64,000 nt of DNA from Mytilus trossulus (Eukaryota), in assembly GCF_036588685.1 (NCBI RefSeq), contig NC_086374.1:10726001-10790000 (forward strand). The letters are read 5' to 3'. Below the pieces are notes generated by a model. It saw only the letters and a list, made by a program, of their open reading frames with translations, searched no databases and was not told where the DNA came from. The translations under genes and the position numbers were made by a program. Positions 23,579 through 36,557 of this stretch are shown here, piece by piece (positions within the stretch are counted from its first letter, which is position 1; the number at the start of each line of letters is the position of its first letter).

Positions 23579-24861
23579 AGTATACTTGCTTTATTCATAT
23601 ATAAAATGACGGAAAAGCGCAATGTTAGACTGGTTATTTTTAAATATGCAGTACTTGTAAAATAAATAAATGAACATTAATATAATTCTTACTTCATCGC
23701 CTAGGTAAAGTTTGCATTGTGAAATTTGAATCAGATGATATGCACTGAAAACCTTGTTTTCTCCTTAAAACATATTTGATGTATAACACCTAAATATTTG
23801 ACAGAAAAGTCCACCAGTTCTGTGGTGAGTGTTCAGTTTTATCCACTTTGATGTAATCCTCGTCTCGACCATTGTAATCTGTGTTTCACTGCTAATCGTA
23901 CTACAATGATTTTCTGTAGTGGATGCTTCGGATTATATAAAGTATGTTGGAAACATTATTGTTATTTCTGTTTTCCATGATATTTGCCGACATGGTTAGA
24001 AATTGACGTTTCAGACGTTTTAAAATCTCTTAGGAAATTGAGTAGTAAAAATAATTTTTTTAACATGGCAGTTTAAACTTCCTGATGAAAAGGCTGGTGC
24101 TGGTAATTTCTGTTCCCAACTGACTTTACCTTTGATTTTCTGCCCGAAAGCAATACATGACGTAAATTGTCTGGCAGCAGAACGATGAAATTCTTCCAGC
24201 TGAAAACGATTTTGGTCGGATTCAGTTTTTTGTTGCTCAGTTTTGGCAATATGCAATCGCCACAATCTTTCAATTTAAGTGTGTTTATGTATTCAAAAAA
24301 ATTTGTGACATAGAAAAAACAACATGTATGGGTTTCAAATCTGGCCACGAGAAATTCATTTTAGGCCAATAATCCAGTATGGCCAATCGTTTCAGGTGTG
24401 AAAGTTTTCAAATAAGAAAGAAGTATGAATAGCAAACTAATAAAGAATGATAATAATATTTACAAATTGTGGAACTTCGGACGATTTTTCGCATTCGATA
24501 TTCATGATTTTTGTCATAAATACATTTTCCTCCGTGGTAAATGAGGGTGGTAAAGGTTATTTTCGTGCAACGTGTTGTGCTTTTTTTCATGTGCAGCCGT
24601 GAAAATGGTTCTTTATTAAGCATGTTAAATGAAATTGGTAAAAAATATTAACGTGCAAGACATTTTCAAATTTTCGTTCATCGTGAAATTTCGCGTTCTT
24701 TCGTGCAGATACAACCCCCGTTTACGCCCCTAGTACATGAGTATATTCGTAAACAACTTTTCCCAAACACACAGACTATTCTCTAAATGTGTTATATTTT
24801 ACATGCATGCACATACAAGTTTGTTAAAATCTAAAAAACAAAACAAATACAGTTACCTACT

Positions 24862-27401
24862 CACTGGTATTAAAGAGATAATAGTAACTGCAATTACGAT
24901 TATCCCAATATGGCGACGGTAGATATAGGTAAAATCTTTACACTCGTTTTTCTTAAATGTAGCATGTATTTGTCAATAGTTACTCAGCTGCGAGGTTTAT
25001 CTATACCATTTCATCATATTTGAATCATAACGGTGCACTGGAATTGTCTAAGCGCTGTGAAAATATCCGTTGAAAAATTCGGGATGATAATCGTAACTCG
25101 GAAAAAAGATAATCGTAATTATGGTATCTAAAAATAAAAAAGATAATCGTAACTGGAAACTGTTTTATTGATATTAACACTAAAAACGTAAATCTGATAG
25201 CATATTATGAAATTATGGCGATGAATTATTTACGAAACGTACCAACATCTTATGACATTTCTTTTTATGCATATATAATAAATAGTTATTATGAAAACAG
25301 CTACATACTAGTATATCATAAAATTGGAAGGGTGCACAAGCTTCAAGAAATTTGGAAATGGGAAAACACGAACTTTGTTAATTTACAGAAATTTCCAAAC
25401 ACTAGGTATACCACAAAATATGTGAATGAGCGATGGAAATTATGATACATGACAATAATTGTCAAGCGACACGCATGTGTCACCTCATATCAGATTTCTG
25501 ATTAAGACAGTAAACAAAAATTAATTTATCCTGAAGTAAATAGTAAATATAGTTAATATTGTTTAGATTCATTTATTGCAGGCGGTTGGTTATATGTGCT
25601 ATTTCTGCCCCCGGGAAGCCACTGCTGATTTAATTCTAGAACATACCCTATTATGCCATAACGAAGTAGGAAAGATATTTAGTATTTGTCAAAAACCGTT
25701 TGACGAGAAATTAGTTGCTACAGTTTTCATGTCACTTCGATAATTTTTCATGGATGATATCACAACTTAAAAGTTATAATGAACAAGGGATAACTTTGAA
25801 AAATGTTTTACAGTGTCATTTCGGAGTCTTTTATAGCTGACTATGCGGTATGGGCTTTGTTCATTGTTGAAGACCGTACGGTGACCTATATTTGTTAATG
25901 ATGACTCCTGTCGGTCTCTTGTGGAAAGTTGTCTCATTGGCAAACATACCACATCTTCTTATTTATATTGGCTACTTCATGACTGTCACTGAAATTTCAG
26001 TATCTCAGATATAAACTATAAAAAACACAAATTTAATTTTGAATTATGATAATATGACATTCTTAAAACATTTAATGCTATATAAGACTAGAGAAAGATT
26101 GGCCCTATATGGGATTCTTTGTGTATTATGAAATTAAGTAACGTGGAGTTCATTGACAAACATGGATTTGTGTTCTTTTAAAGTTTGGCCAAAAGCCCGA
26201 AAATCAAGAAATAAAATTGATGTGGCTTTAAATTTTCTTACAAGAAATACTTATTCAAAGAATGACTGCAAAGTTGAGAATTGAATAACGCATATTCCGC
26301 AAAATAAGAAACAAACTTATTAAAAATTCATAAATACTCGGTATATGAAAAGTATGCTGCATACATATGCATGGAAGATATTGTAGAGAAAAATATTGAA
26401 GGTACTAAACAAGGAACATTTTTGTATTTGCATGCTTGCCATATAATTAGTACTTTTCTATTAAATATGGGGGGTGTGTCAGATATGAACACTAAATCCG
26501 ATAATGCAGTTTTATAGATTATCGTTGATTATCTCAACGAGATTGATTTTCTCGCTTGAGCTGGTACAGCGAAAGTGAGAAAAGCAATCGAGTTGAGATG
26601 ACCAATGAGAATCTGTTTATCGCTATTTTACCTATGACGAAGTTGTCAATTTCAATGTTAATTTCGTTAACAACGCCACGTGGCCTCCTTAGTTTCTAGC
26701 GATAATTTTTCCATCTCAAGCCAGAAGCATGATATAAAAATTAAATTATACAAAATAGCGATATATAAAGTTATTGACGGCAACTTTTGTTCATTTCGCA
26801 CAGAATTTTAGTATAAATGTGATATAAGAGGCAAACAACATATGACATATGAAAATGTGGTATACGTGACTTTCATTTTGAGCAATGAATTGAAAGGATT
26901 GCACTTTTGGAATATGGGATACAGCTTATCCATCCTTTTTCTCATCAAATAGAGATATAGAGATATATAGGTAAATTTATCCTAGATATTAACCTGTAAG
27001 TTTCTTCATTTATTTTGATATGCGTTAATGTCATCGTTAAACTGGGCATTTACATTTTTAACACTCAAAATACCATTGAAATGCTGAAAGACACATTTAT
27101 TATGTTTCAGTTACTATTATCCGATTAAGAAAATTACGATTATCAAAGAAGAAAAATACCATAGAGTTACGATTATCATCCCGAATTTTTCAACGGCTAT
27201 TTTCACAGCGCTTAGACAATTCCAGTGCACCGTTACGATTCAAATATGATGTAATGGTATAGATAATCCTTGCAGCTGAGTCACTATTGACAAAAGCATA
27301 CTACATGTATGAAAAATGAGTGTAAAGATTTTACCTATATCTACCGTCGCCATATTGGGATAATCGTAATTGCAGTTACCATTATCTCTTTAATACCAGT
27401 G
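24862..27401. mobile_element. Non-autonomous long-TIR DNA transposon with Transib/RAG-type termini
   Basis: About 240-bp TIRs (24862-25099 / 27164-27401) starting CACTGGT and ending ACCAGTG; perfect 5-bp TSD CTACT at 24857-24861 and 27402-27406. Confidence 0.85.
26516..26763. mobile_element. Hairpin-ended element nested in the TIR element
   Basis: Hairpin at 26516-26614. TATCGCTATTTT (26618-26629) is inverted relative to AAAATAGCGATA (26752-26763). An inverted copy lies at about 37740-37930. Confidence 0.75.
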
Positions 27402-27979
27402 CTACTGTTAGATTAAGTCTTTATGATTACAGAAGATGTATTTTTCAATATGTTTCACCCTATAACCTTATTTGACCAAATTTCTGACATTTTATAACAT
27501 GTTTTGACAGATTTTCACGACCAACCGGAAACTGTTATCCGTCTGTAACACCTTAAATCATAATCACTTATGGTATTGGATCTTTGAAAGAGGTTTACAT
27601 TGCAAAATAGTAAGTCGTGTTGTTGACCGTTAAGAAATTTCTAGTTCAGATTTAATCGTGTGTTTGTCATTTACCTTATACCACTCTTTAATCATCTAAA
27701 AAAATACCTACCTTACAGTTCATTTTATCTTCATTCGCCTTTAGTTCTTCCTCTAGTGTCCCCACTTATCAAATTACTGATTCTTGGCTTTATTCTTCTT
27801 TTTTTTAATTTTCTATCTCTATCTATCTAATGTTTGACGATTTTACTTATATAATATATACCAATATACAAGGCAATGACACAACACAAAAACAACCACA
27901 GGAAGAACCTAAATACATCTGAAGCGTAACACGCAGTTCAATATTACTGTCTGGTATGCCGGGAGACGCATGTTATATA

Positions 27980-28760
27980 TGCCTTTTTGTGCTTTTTTTA
28001 ACACATTTGTTTTGTTTTCATAATGATTAAGATTATAACACAATGTTGAGTGTTGCAACCCTTTCTTTGACATTTAACCTATTTCGTCTGCTTGTTTTGT
28101 TGACACATCGTTGTCAATATAGTAGTCTAGAATTTAATGCAACTGTCATACATAAAGGCAACAGTAGTATACCGCTGTTCGAAATTCATAAAACGATTGA
28201 TAAATACACAAATCAGGGTTACAAACTAAAACTAAGGGAAACGCATCAAATATAAGAGGAGAACTACAACACAACAGAAACACAACATTAAAATGTATCA
28301 TTCACAGAAGCGAACTATAATATATGGCCATTTTCATGACTTTGAATAGGACATTTTAAGAAAAAATTGGTGGGTGAAACCTGGTTTTGAGGCATAAAAA
28401 AACTCCCGCTTTTATAGCAATGTTAGATATAACATTACAATGACAACATAACATGTCAGGACTACACTACAAATGGGAGAACATATAGGACACAGAAAAA
28501 CATAAATAATAGCTAAAAAAAGGTTTAAGGTTTAATACGCCAGACGCGTGTTTACAAGTGAGAGGTTCAGCTACTTTAAAACGAGGTTAAATCCACAATA
28601 CATATCAAAATATACCAAGTATGGTGCATGTACCAAGTCAGGAATATGGAAGTTGTTATCCATTTGTTTGATATGTTTAAGCTTTTGATTTTTTCATTTC
28701 ATAATGGACTTTACGTTTTCAATTTTCCTTTGATTTTAGTATTATTGTGATTTACTTTTT
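27980..28760 (+). mobile_element. Family-B element split inside its twister by a minus-strand family-C element (about 28153-28552)
   Basis: CAACTGTCATAC (to about 28151) resumes as ACAAGTGAGAGG at about 28554. The insert matches 57823-58290. Confidence 0.65.
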
Positions 28761-28929
28761 ATGCTGCGTTCCAAGAGAAAATGAGTATTATTATTGTATA
28801 TGTATAAGCCGTTTTGTTTCTTTTGCAAATGTCTGATCTAAGAACCGTTAATAAAAAATCTGTAGAACCAAGTCTGATGATCATTTTGTACAGAGAAAAA
28901 AAGTGATATATTAAAGACTGTAGTGACAT

Positions 28930-29760
28930 GATTTCCGAATATGTATCAGATTAACAAAAAAAAAAGAAAATTAAACTTATAATAGTAAGTTTTTGTAATA
29001 ATAAATAACATTTCACCACGGTAGTAGTGTTAGGCAACTACATTTTAGAATATATAAAACATCACTCCTGATTTCCCTTGACACACTATTATTAAATAAT
29101 TATTTGGACGCTGCTGTAAAACATTGTTCGCTTTATATTACACTTTGTCAAACTTTAGTAGATGCTACCATGTAAATTGTATAAACAACCCGAGAGTGTT
29201 AAAACTGTTGTTGTGAGGGCCGTGGTGTAGTGGTTAGTGCATCGGACCACTAACACAACGGTTCCTGGTTCGATTCCCGTTCGGGATGAAAATTTCAGGA
29301 ACTCGATTTTCGGCTCTCCCTTGGCACCATTTGCGAGAATGGTGTTAAGGAAACGATGATAGTCCGTCGGAAGGGGACGATAAATAGTCTCGTGTTAAGA
29401 GAGAGCCATATCTCTTGCACGTTAAAGACACCCTTGTAGATTTCGAAAAAGAGCAGGCTAATGCCGCTACAAGGCAGCACTCGCACCCGCAAAGTGGAAA
29501 GGGATTAATATAAGTTGCAAAACTTGTTTCCCAAACCACTATAAATAAATTTGTTTAAACTAAAACTAACTGTTGATAAGACTGAGGCAAAATTTAAATC
29601 GCGAAAAGTTGTTAAATATAACCATTCAAAAACATGCTTAAATTTCTATGTCATGATGGATGGATTTTTCAACTTATGTAATAAAACCTCTTTAAATCTG
29701 AATTTGTCAGGAGTTGTTTTCGTTTTCTGTCCTAAAATTTTGATACTACGCTTTTAATTG
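28930..29760. repeat. Local direct duplication, second copy at about 31970-32430
   Basis: Shared TATATTACACTTTGTCAAACTTTAGTAGATGCTACCAT...ATAAACAACCCGAGAGTGTTAAAACTGTTG. Only the first copy carries the SINE. Confidence 0.85.
29211..29567 (+). mobile_element. tRNA-derived SINE with a Meta-domain-like core
   Basis: Pol III A box TGGTGTAGTGG and B box GGTTCGATTCC; core GTCCGTCGGAAGGGGACGATAAA...GCACGTTAAAGACACCC; AT-rich tail; TSD AACTGTTG at 29203-29210 and 29568-29575. Confidence 0.88.
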
Positions 29761-31319
29761 TCGACCAAGACACGATTCCTCCCCCAAGATTCTGGTACAG
29801 TTACTTGATTATTTTCATTTTTATCAAGCATCAATCGCTGATCTTAGAAGTTGAAACACATGCCTAAACATCTATTCAATATTTTTATATCTTTTCGTAG
29901 ACTGATCAAATGACATTATTCTTATTTACAATGTATTTTGTATAAAATCAAGACCATTCTCCAGTCTTTATTATGCTAGTGTCATATGGAAGATATTTTA
30001 ATGACAAAATCTATTGGAAGGATAATGAGCATACAAAGAAAAATCTTCCCTTTCTTTTTTAGACCATGACAGTATTTCATGATAAGCTGTTATTTTTATT
30101 GGTATCAAAATAATCATAGATTTCTCGGATAAAACAATTTTTATAGTGAACAAAGAATTATACGGCTGTCTTTATAGCTTTTGATACCATACAATCAATT
30201 TAAGGCAAAATGTCAACAATTCATTCCGCACTTCACTTTCAACAATAACAACTATAACATCATGAGAGGATCTCAAAGTGATGAGATTTGTAAGGTAACA
30301 AAATGTTTCAGTTTAATCCTTAGTGAGCATAGGTCAACGTTATTCGTGTTTTTCTGATGTATTCAAAATTCGATACTTTAATCTTTGGTAAATAAAGTTA
30401 ATTTGACAATTTTTTACTCTGGATCATGGAGTCACGTAGGGTTTAAATGATCTTGAATTAAGCAATATGTAAGACATGGTCTCTGCAGAATTCATATAGA
30501 ATGCTTTTGTCATTAACATCACAAATCTATCTGAAGTCATGAATCTTTAAAACAAAACTTTGAAAGATAAGTGTCAGATTTGATAAGAAAGTATTACCAA
30601 CACGTCGAGTGTGACTTTTACTATTGATTCAGTGGATGGAATTGTAAATATTTAACAATGCTATCGTCAGATACATTAGAAATATCAACACAATAATTTC
30701 CCCGGAGGAGTTGTATTTTCATGTTAGTGTTACAAGGATCTAAAGATTATCTCATCAACCAAATTTCTATTATAATACAGTTTAAATTTGACATCAGCTA
30801 TTTGTCCGAGTCACGCTTTGATGTGTTTCCCTAGAATTTAGTTTGTAACCCGGATTTGTTTTTCTTTAATCGATTTATGACTTTATGATCTGCATTATTT
30901 ATTTGACAGCGCATACCTCCTCATTCTTGAAGAACACAATATTTTATAATTATTTTCTTTCAATATGTCTTTACTAAATTGCCAAAGTAGTAGAAGCAGT
31001 TGTTATACATTTACATTTTTAGTGGCTATAAACTAACTGTGCACTAGTTGTTCTCAAACATTTAACGTTATCCGCGATTATGCAACGTAATAAAACATAG
31101 TTGCATAATTTCAAAAACAAATATGAACTATTGTGACAAGAGATATTTACCTTTAGAAACACGTTCAATTTCCCTCGCTCAAATAATAGTATGCACAATG
31201 ATCTGAAAATCAAAACAAATATTTTTAAAATATAACATACTTTACAAACATACACCTTAAAATCAAAGAGAACACTTATCAATGGTTTATATTTACGTAG
31301 TATGTTATCCACATTTAAA

Positions 31320-31462
31320 GAATGACTGTAATATTTTTTCTGTCTATGAAGAAATAACATAAAAAAATGCACACTGAATAACGCGCGTAGCAGGTTATTT
31401 AACCTTGTGCACCACATTTTTTATGTTATTTCGAATAGACAGGATATATATTACAGTCATTT
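31320..31462. mobile_element. Terminal hairpin of a hairpin-ended element
   Basis: Arms AATGACTGTAATAT...GAAATAACATAAAAAA / TTTTTTATGTTATTTC...ATATTACAGTCATT; centre CGCGCGTAGCAGG. Confidence 0.7.
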
Positions 31463-31524
31463 CTTATAATCTAATTTTAAATTCCATTTTAAACCGTAGA
31501 AAACCATGAAAAAAACGTTGATGA

Positions 31525-31729
31525 TTTCAAAACACTAAGGATTTTCTTATCCCAGGCGTAGACTACCTTAGCCGTATTGGCACAACTTTTTTGAAATTTG
31601 GATCCTCAATGCTCTTCAACTTTGTACTTGTTTGCCTTTATAATATTTTGATTTGAGCGTCACTGATGAGTTTTATGTAGACGAAACGCGCGTCTGGCGT
31701 ACTTAATTATAATCCTAGTACCTTTGATA
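31525..31729 (+). mobile_element. Partial hammerhead retrozyme copy
   Basis: Colinear with 59280-59485. Confidence 0.8.
31657..31700 (+). ncRNA. Minimal type I hammerhead ribozyme
   Basis: GCGUCA-CUGAUGA-GUUU(UAUGU)AGAC-GAAA-C(GCGC)GUC-UGGCGU. Stem I is GCGUCA/UGGCGU; cut after C31694. Confidence 0.88.
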
Positions 31730-32669
31730 TATTTTTTCATGCTGATTGATGATAATAGTTTTAGATGAATTTAGATATTAACCGCAAATGATAGCATAAT
31801 TGAAACCCAGTTTGTTGATTATTTTGTCCATTGGTTTCAAGTTTTTTGTCATTTGATTGTACCATGTGATAAGGGACTTACCGATTGCATTTTCCTCGGA
31901 GTTCGGTATTTTTGTGATTTTACTTTTTGTTTAAAGAAAAAAATTATAAATAAGAGTCTTTTTTAACATAATTATCGAATATGTATCAGATTAGCAAAAA
32001 GGGAAAATTTACTTATCGAAGTAACATTTTGTTATTATGATTGAAATTTTAACACGGTAATGAGTGTTTTGCAACTGCATGTTAAATTATATATAAATTC
32101 ACTCATTATTTCTCTTCACACACTAGCTTTACCAGTGAAATTATAAAAAAGTAATTATGCGAACGCTGCCGTTAAACATTGTTTGCCTTATATTACACTT
32201 TGTCAAACTTTAGTAGATGCTACCATTTAAAATGTATAAACAACCCGAGAGTGTTAAAACTGTTGATACGAACGAAGCAAAATTTTAATTGCGAAAAGTT
32301 GTCAAATGTAACCTTTCAAAAACATGCTTATATATATCATTGGTTTTATGTCATATGCAATAAAACTTCTTTAAATTTGAATGTGTCATAAGTTGTTTTC
32401 TATCGTAACAGTTTGGTACTACGCTTTAAATTTTCCCTACACTTCAATGAACGCTTATATGTTAGTAACTTACTCTGTGGCATTTAAACATTTTCCCGAC
32501 ACCTGATCAAAGACAGTGATTGGATGAGTTTACGGGTCATAACCTTTAACATCCCACTGAATAAATCACAATGTTATAAAGGGTTTTGAGGTTCGGACAA
32601 TTAAAAATCTCGATTGGATAAATCCGATAATCCCCTGGTACTATTGTAAAATCTTCATATATATAAGTA

Positions 32670-32990
32670 AACATGGATACTACCGAAATCAGTCTGCTTC
32701 ATACCTCGATTTTTTTTCTCTCGGTATTGACAAACAGACAGACGAATTAATCTAGAATAAATAACAAACGTCATGATTTGAACTTTTCAATTGTGAACTT
32801 CGCATTTCTAAGCAGTAATATATCCTCTGCTTCATCGTATGGCGTATTAGTTTATATGTAACGCTCGTGCATATACCAAATACTCGGACTTGGGATGGCA
32901 TACTTACACAACAACTGAGTTCTCAAGAAGACCGATTGAAATTGACACTACGTACGTTTTACAGTAACATTTACGATAGGAAGGCGTCTC
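32670..32990 (+). pseudogene. Decayed PLE RT fragment
   Basis: Frameshifted DTTE..SASYLD...NKRHDLNFSIVNFAFLSSNISSASSYGV. Confidence 0.7.
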
Positions 32991-34452
32991 AACGCACTAA
33001 CAACAATCATATTTAGCGGCCTTACATCTGTAGACATCAATATAGTCGTCTTGTCTGATATATTGACGATAATGTTATTACAGATTATGACATAATTTTT
33101 TGTGTACTTCATTTGTAGTTTATGTGATTCTCACAGTGTTTGTTTGTTACCTTTGATTGTCTCGTCCTTATCGATTTCCGTGATTTGAATATCGGTTAAC
33201 TACTATCGCCGTGATTTACACTTCAATAAAATACAAAAGCAGAGATCATTTCGTTCATAAACCGTAGAAAGGTTGTGTTTAGCTAGGTTGCAGTATGTCT
33301 TATTTGATTTTCGTTAATAAACTTTTGCATAAATCAATACTTTGGTGCTTCGTTTGATTTGTTTCCTATATTTTGTTATGTCTGGACCTATTTAAAGCTG
33401 ACCCTTCGGTATAAGTTGTGATTGTATAGTGACCTATAGCTTATAACATAGATATGTGGTATGAGTGCCATTGAGATAACTCTCCATCCAAGTTACAATT
33501 TTTAAAACTAAAACATTATAGGTCAAAGTACGGCCTTTAAAACAAAACCCTGGCTCACTCTACGTCCTACAATATCTCTTTATTATTTTATGTATAGTAT
33601 TATTATACGATTGCATTCATTTTGGAATTAAAAAAACGTTTTTATATTGCCATTGGCATGCTTAAAACAAGTATCCGCAAAGACCACACAAATATGAACA
33701 GATATAAATGTCAGCGTCAGCTATGCTCAACATATAATAAGAAGCCGAGTGTTGACGTCATGGAAAGACATATTTTGTACAAAACATAAGATACATGTAC
33801 ACTGAATATAATTTGACATGATTCAACAAAACAAACGAATAACATTTAAGAGCTACATAAATATAATTGCAATGTCCGTTTAATACTTTATTATTGAGAA
33901 TGATTGTATGGTATGATTGAAACATTGTCAGTTTCAATTGCAGTTCTGTCTATTTAAATAGTAGTTATAGATTCATTAGTTGTTGTTATAAATTGACTTT
34001 TTTGTGAAGTATGATACAATTAATAACTTTAACGAAAACAGACAAATTTTTCCACTCCAATCTAAATTCTTCTGAATTCAATTTTTACTTAAATTATATC
34101 TGTGTTATAAAAACTAAGTGACGTAAACAGGACCGACAGTTTTAAAAACACCTTCCATCGAAACAAATTAAAAATACCGAACTCCAAGGAAATTCAATAC
34201 GGAAATTCTTTGATAAAATGGCAAAATAAAATTAAATTATTATTACTTGAGGTCGTGTTGATTGTTTATTATATTGCATGCAATACTTAAAAGTACACAA
34301 AATATTGAAGCTGATTGCATGTATCTTTCGTATTTACTAAAGAATTTTGTATTGTTTTGTACATTTAGGGGGAAAAAACTGTAAACCGAGGAAAACATCC
34401 CTTCTCGAATGGCAAAATCAAAAAGCTCAAACACATCAATCGAATAGATAAC

Positions 34453-34520
34453 AACTGTCTTATTCCTGACTTGGTACAGGCATTTTCTTATGTAAACAAG
34501 TGGTGGATTGAATCTGGTTC
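34453..34520 (-). ncRNA. 3' half of a family-B twister
   Basis: UUCAAUCCACC...GCCUG UACCAAGU CAGG AAUAAGACAGUU; the 5' half is missing. Confidence 0.5.
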
Positions 34521-34964
34521 TATGGTTACAATACATTTTGAGTTTGAGTCTCCTCAGTGGGTCTAAATTGGTTGTTTTTGTTAGAAATAGGCGTAATTGA
34601 TAACTCGACCTCGTTGTATGGATCAATAAAAGAAATTAAGTTTTCGTTGTAAAGTCTATATCTCAGATACGATAAGCAATAGGTCTACTGAATTTTGTGT
34701 ATTGAATGACTGTAGGGTGAAAATGTCCAACTGGCAGGTGTCATCTCACCTTGGTCTTAATTCACAAAAATAAAACAGATCAAACAAAACTGACAACATT
34801 TAACAAATAAAAACGTCTTTTCCCATGATAATTAAGGATATTATTTCAGAAAAAAGTACCAGGTTTTTACATTTAATTTTTATGGCTGATTGAGTTGAAA
34901 AATATTGAAAACAACACGTTATTAATTTCTTGCGTCCTTAGAGTGGAACTGTTTGCTAGGGATA

Positions 34965-35300
34965 TGATTTTTTAAGTTAAAAAAAACTTAAATCACGATA
35001 GATATCAACTTTTAATGATAGTAAGAAACTTTGTTGTAAAACATACAAATTAATGTTTTTCTTCCTTTAATTGTCAATTTTAATGACTTGTCGAGACGCT
35101 GTAAGATTGTTTAATCGATTTAATTGGCATCTTTATACTATTTGATTAAGGATTCAGCGTTGTATTCAAGTAAAGATAATTAAGTGTGACATGCTGTACA
35201 TAATGTGCAGGTTTCATATAACTATCAATTTTGTTCACTTACTTTAACAATTGTAGTACTTACTTTTATACTTTACTTTTACACTTCTAGTACTTACTTT
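34965..35300. repeat. Local direct duplication, second copy at about 40545-40890
   Basis: Shared TCGAGACGCT.TAAGATT..TTAATCGATTTAATT.GCATCTTTATA and TTGTATTCAAGTA.AGATAATTAAGTGTGACATG; both copies lead into the 21-bp minisatellite. Confidence 0.85.
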
Positions 35301-36240
35301 TACACTTTACTTTTACACTTGTAGTACTTACTTTTATACTTGTAGTACTTACTTTTATACTTGTAGTTTTAACAATTGTCCTTGTAGTGTTGATTATTGC
35401 CCTTGTAGTACTTACTTTTCCTTTGTAGTACTAACTATTGTCCGTGTAGTTCTTACTGTTGCCCTGGTAATACTACTTATTTTCCTTGTAGCACTTTCTA
35501 TTGCACATGCAATAATAACTATTGCCCTTGAAGTACTTATTATTGCCCTTGTATACTCATTATTGCCTTTGAAGTAGTTGCTGTTGTCTATGTTATATTG
35601 ACTATTTCCCTTGTGGTACTTTCCATTAGACCTCAGTCATCATTTTTTATTTAAAAAATGTACACAATATTTCACTATTTTCTTCAAATTGCAAGCTTTG
35701 AACTATTGGACCTCGGTGAAACTATTTGACCGCAACCGTCATCATATTTCTCGAAATTTCAAATGCAGCTACGAGATTGGCTAATTTTGAGAATGCCGCG
35801 GGGGTTACAACGTAGAGTGTTACCTCTTGTTACTAGGGATAACGTAGCTTTACTTTTCAGAATATATATGAATGTAAACTTGACACAATATGATTGTATT
35901 TCTGCTCTTTATATTACGATAGTTGATTTATCCCCGACATTTATTTTCTGATATCTATTTCGGTATAATAAAACACTTGCTTACTGGATATTTGTGAAAT
36001 AGTCAGTTTATTGTCCCCTCGGATACAATATTTCCCCATGGCTACGCCTCAGGGCAATACTAGTTACACCACGGGGACATTAAACGGACTATTTCACTCT
36101 TATCCAGTCAATAAGTATACACTATTGCCCTTGTTGTACTTATGTTTGCCCCTGTAGAACATACTACTACCCTTGTAGAACACACTATTTCCCTTGCATA
36201 ACACATTATTTCCCTTGTAGAACATACTAATTCCCTTTTG
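35250..36240. repeat. 21-bp minisatellite interrupted by a hairpin-ended element
   Basis: Unit TTGTAGTACTTACTATTGCCC at 35250-35630 and 36115-36240. Confidence 0.85.
35640..36112. mobile_element. Hairpin-ended element (Crypton-like)
   Basis: Hairpin at 35983-36108 with centre GGCTACGCCTC; GATTGGCT motif inside. It splits the minisatellite; the left boundary is approximate. Confidence 0.65.
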
Positions 36241-36259
36241 GTGTTTACATATTGCAATA

Positions 36260-36557
36260 TATATTATTTGTTGCATAGCAATATAATATTTCACATAGAA
36301 AGTAACCAAAAGTTAGCGTGCAATAAATTCCAATATTGCACTAGTGTAATAAATCTTAAAATTCATGACATCATCAACGTCAAAATCTTAGTTTAAACCA
36401 ATTTTTACTTTCAAATATTATGTTGCTAAACAATAAAAGGGTTATTGAATGAATTTAGAAAAATATTATCCCTCGTAGAACATATATTGGACCTGCAAGC
36501 TCGTGCAATATAAAATTTTACTCGGGACAATATTCCCCAATATTCATGCAATAATCC
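36260..36557. mobile_element. Hairpin-ended element, inverted copy of 56200-56484
   Basis: Hairpin at 36439-36557; the body is the reverse complement of 56340-56480. Confidence 0.8.

Noticed and set aside
25820-25900. HDV-like ribozyme in the shared 3' module
   Set aside because: I could not build P1, P3 and P1.1 on either strand; kept only as an unknown structured module.
29217-29290. tRNA gene
   Set aside because: The acceptor stem does not close and there is no poly-T terminator; the sequence continues into a SINE body flanked by a TSD.
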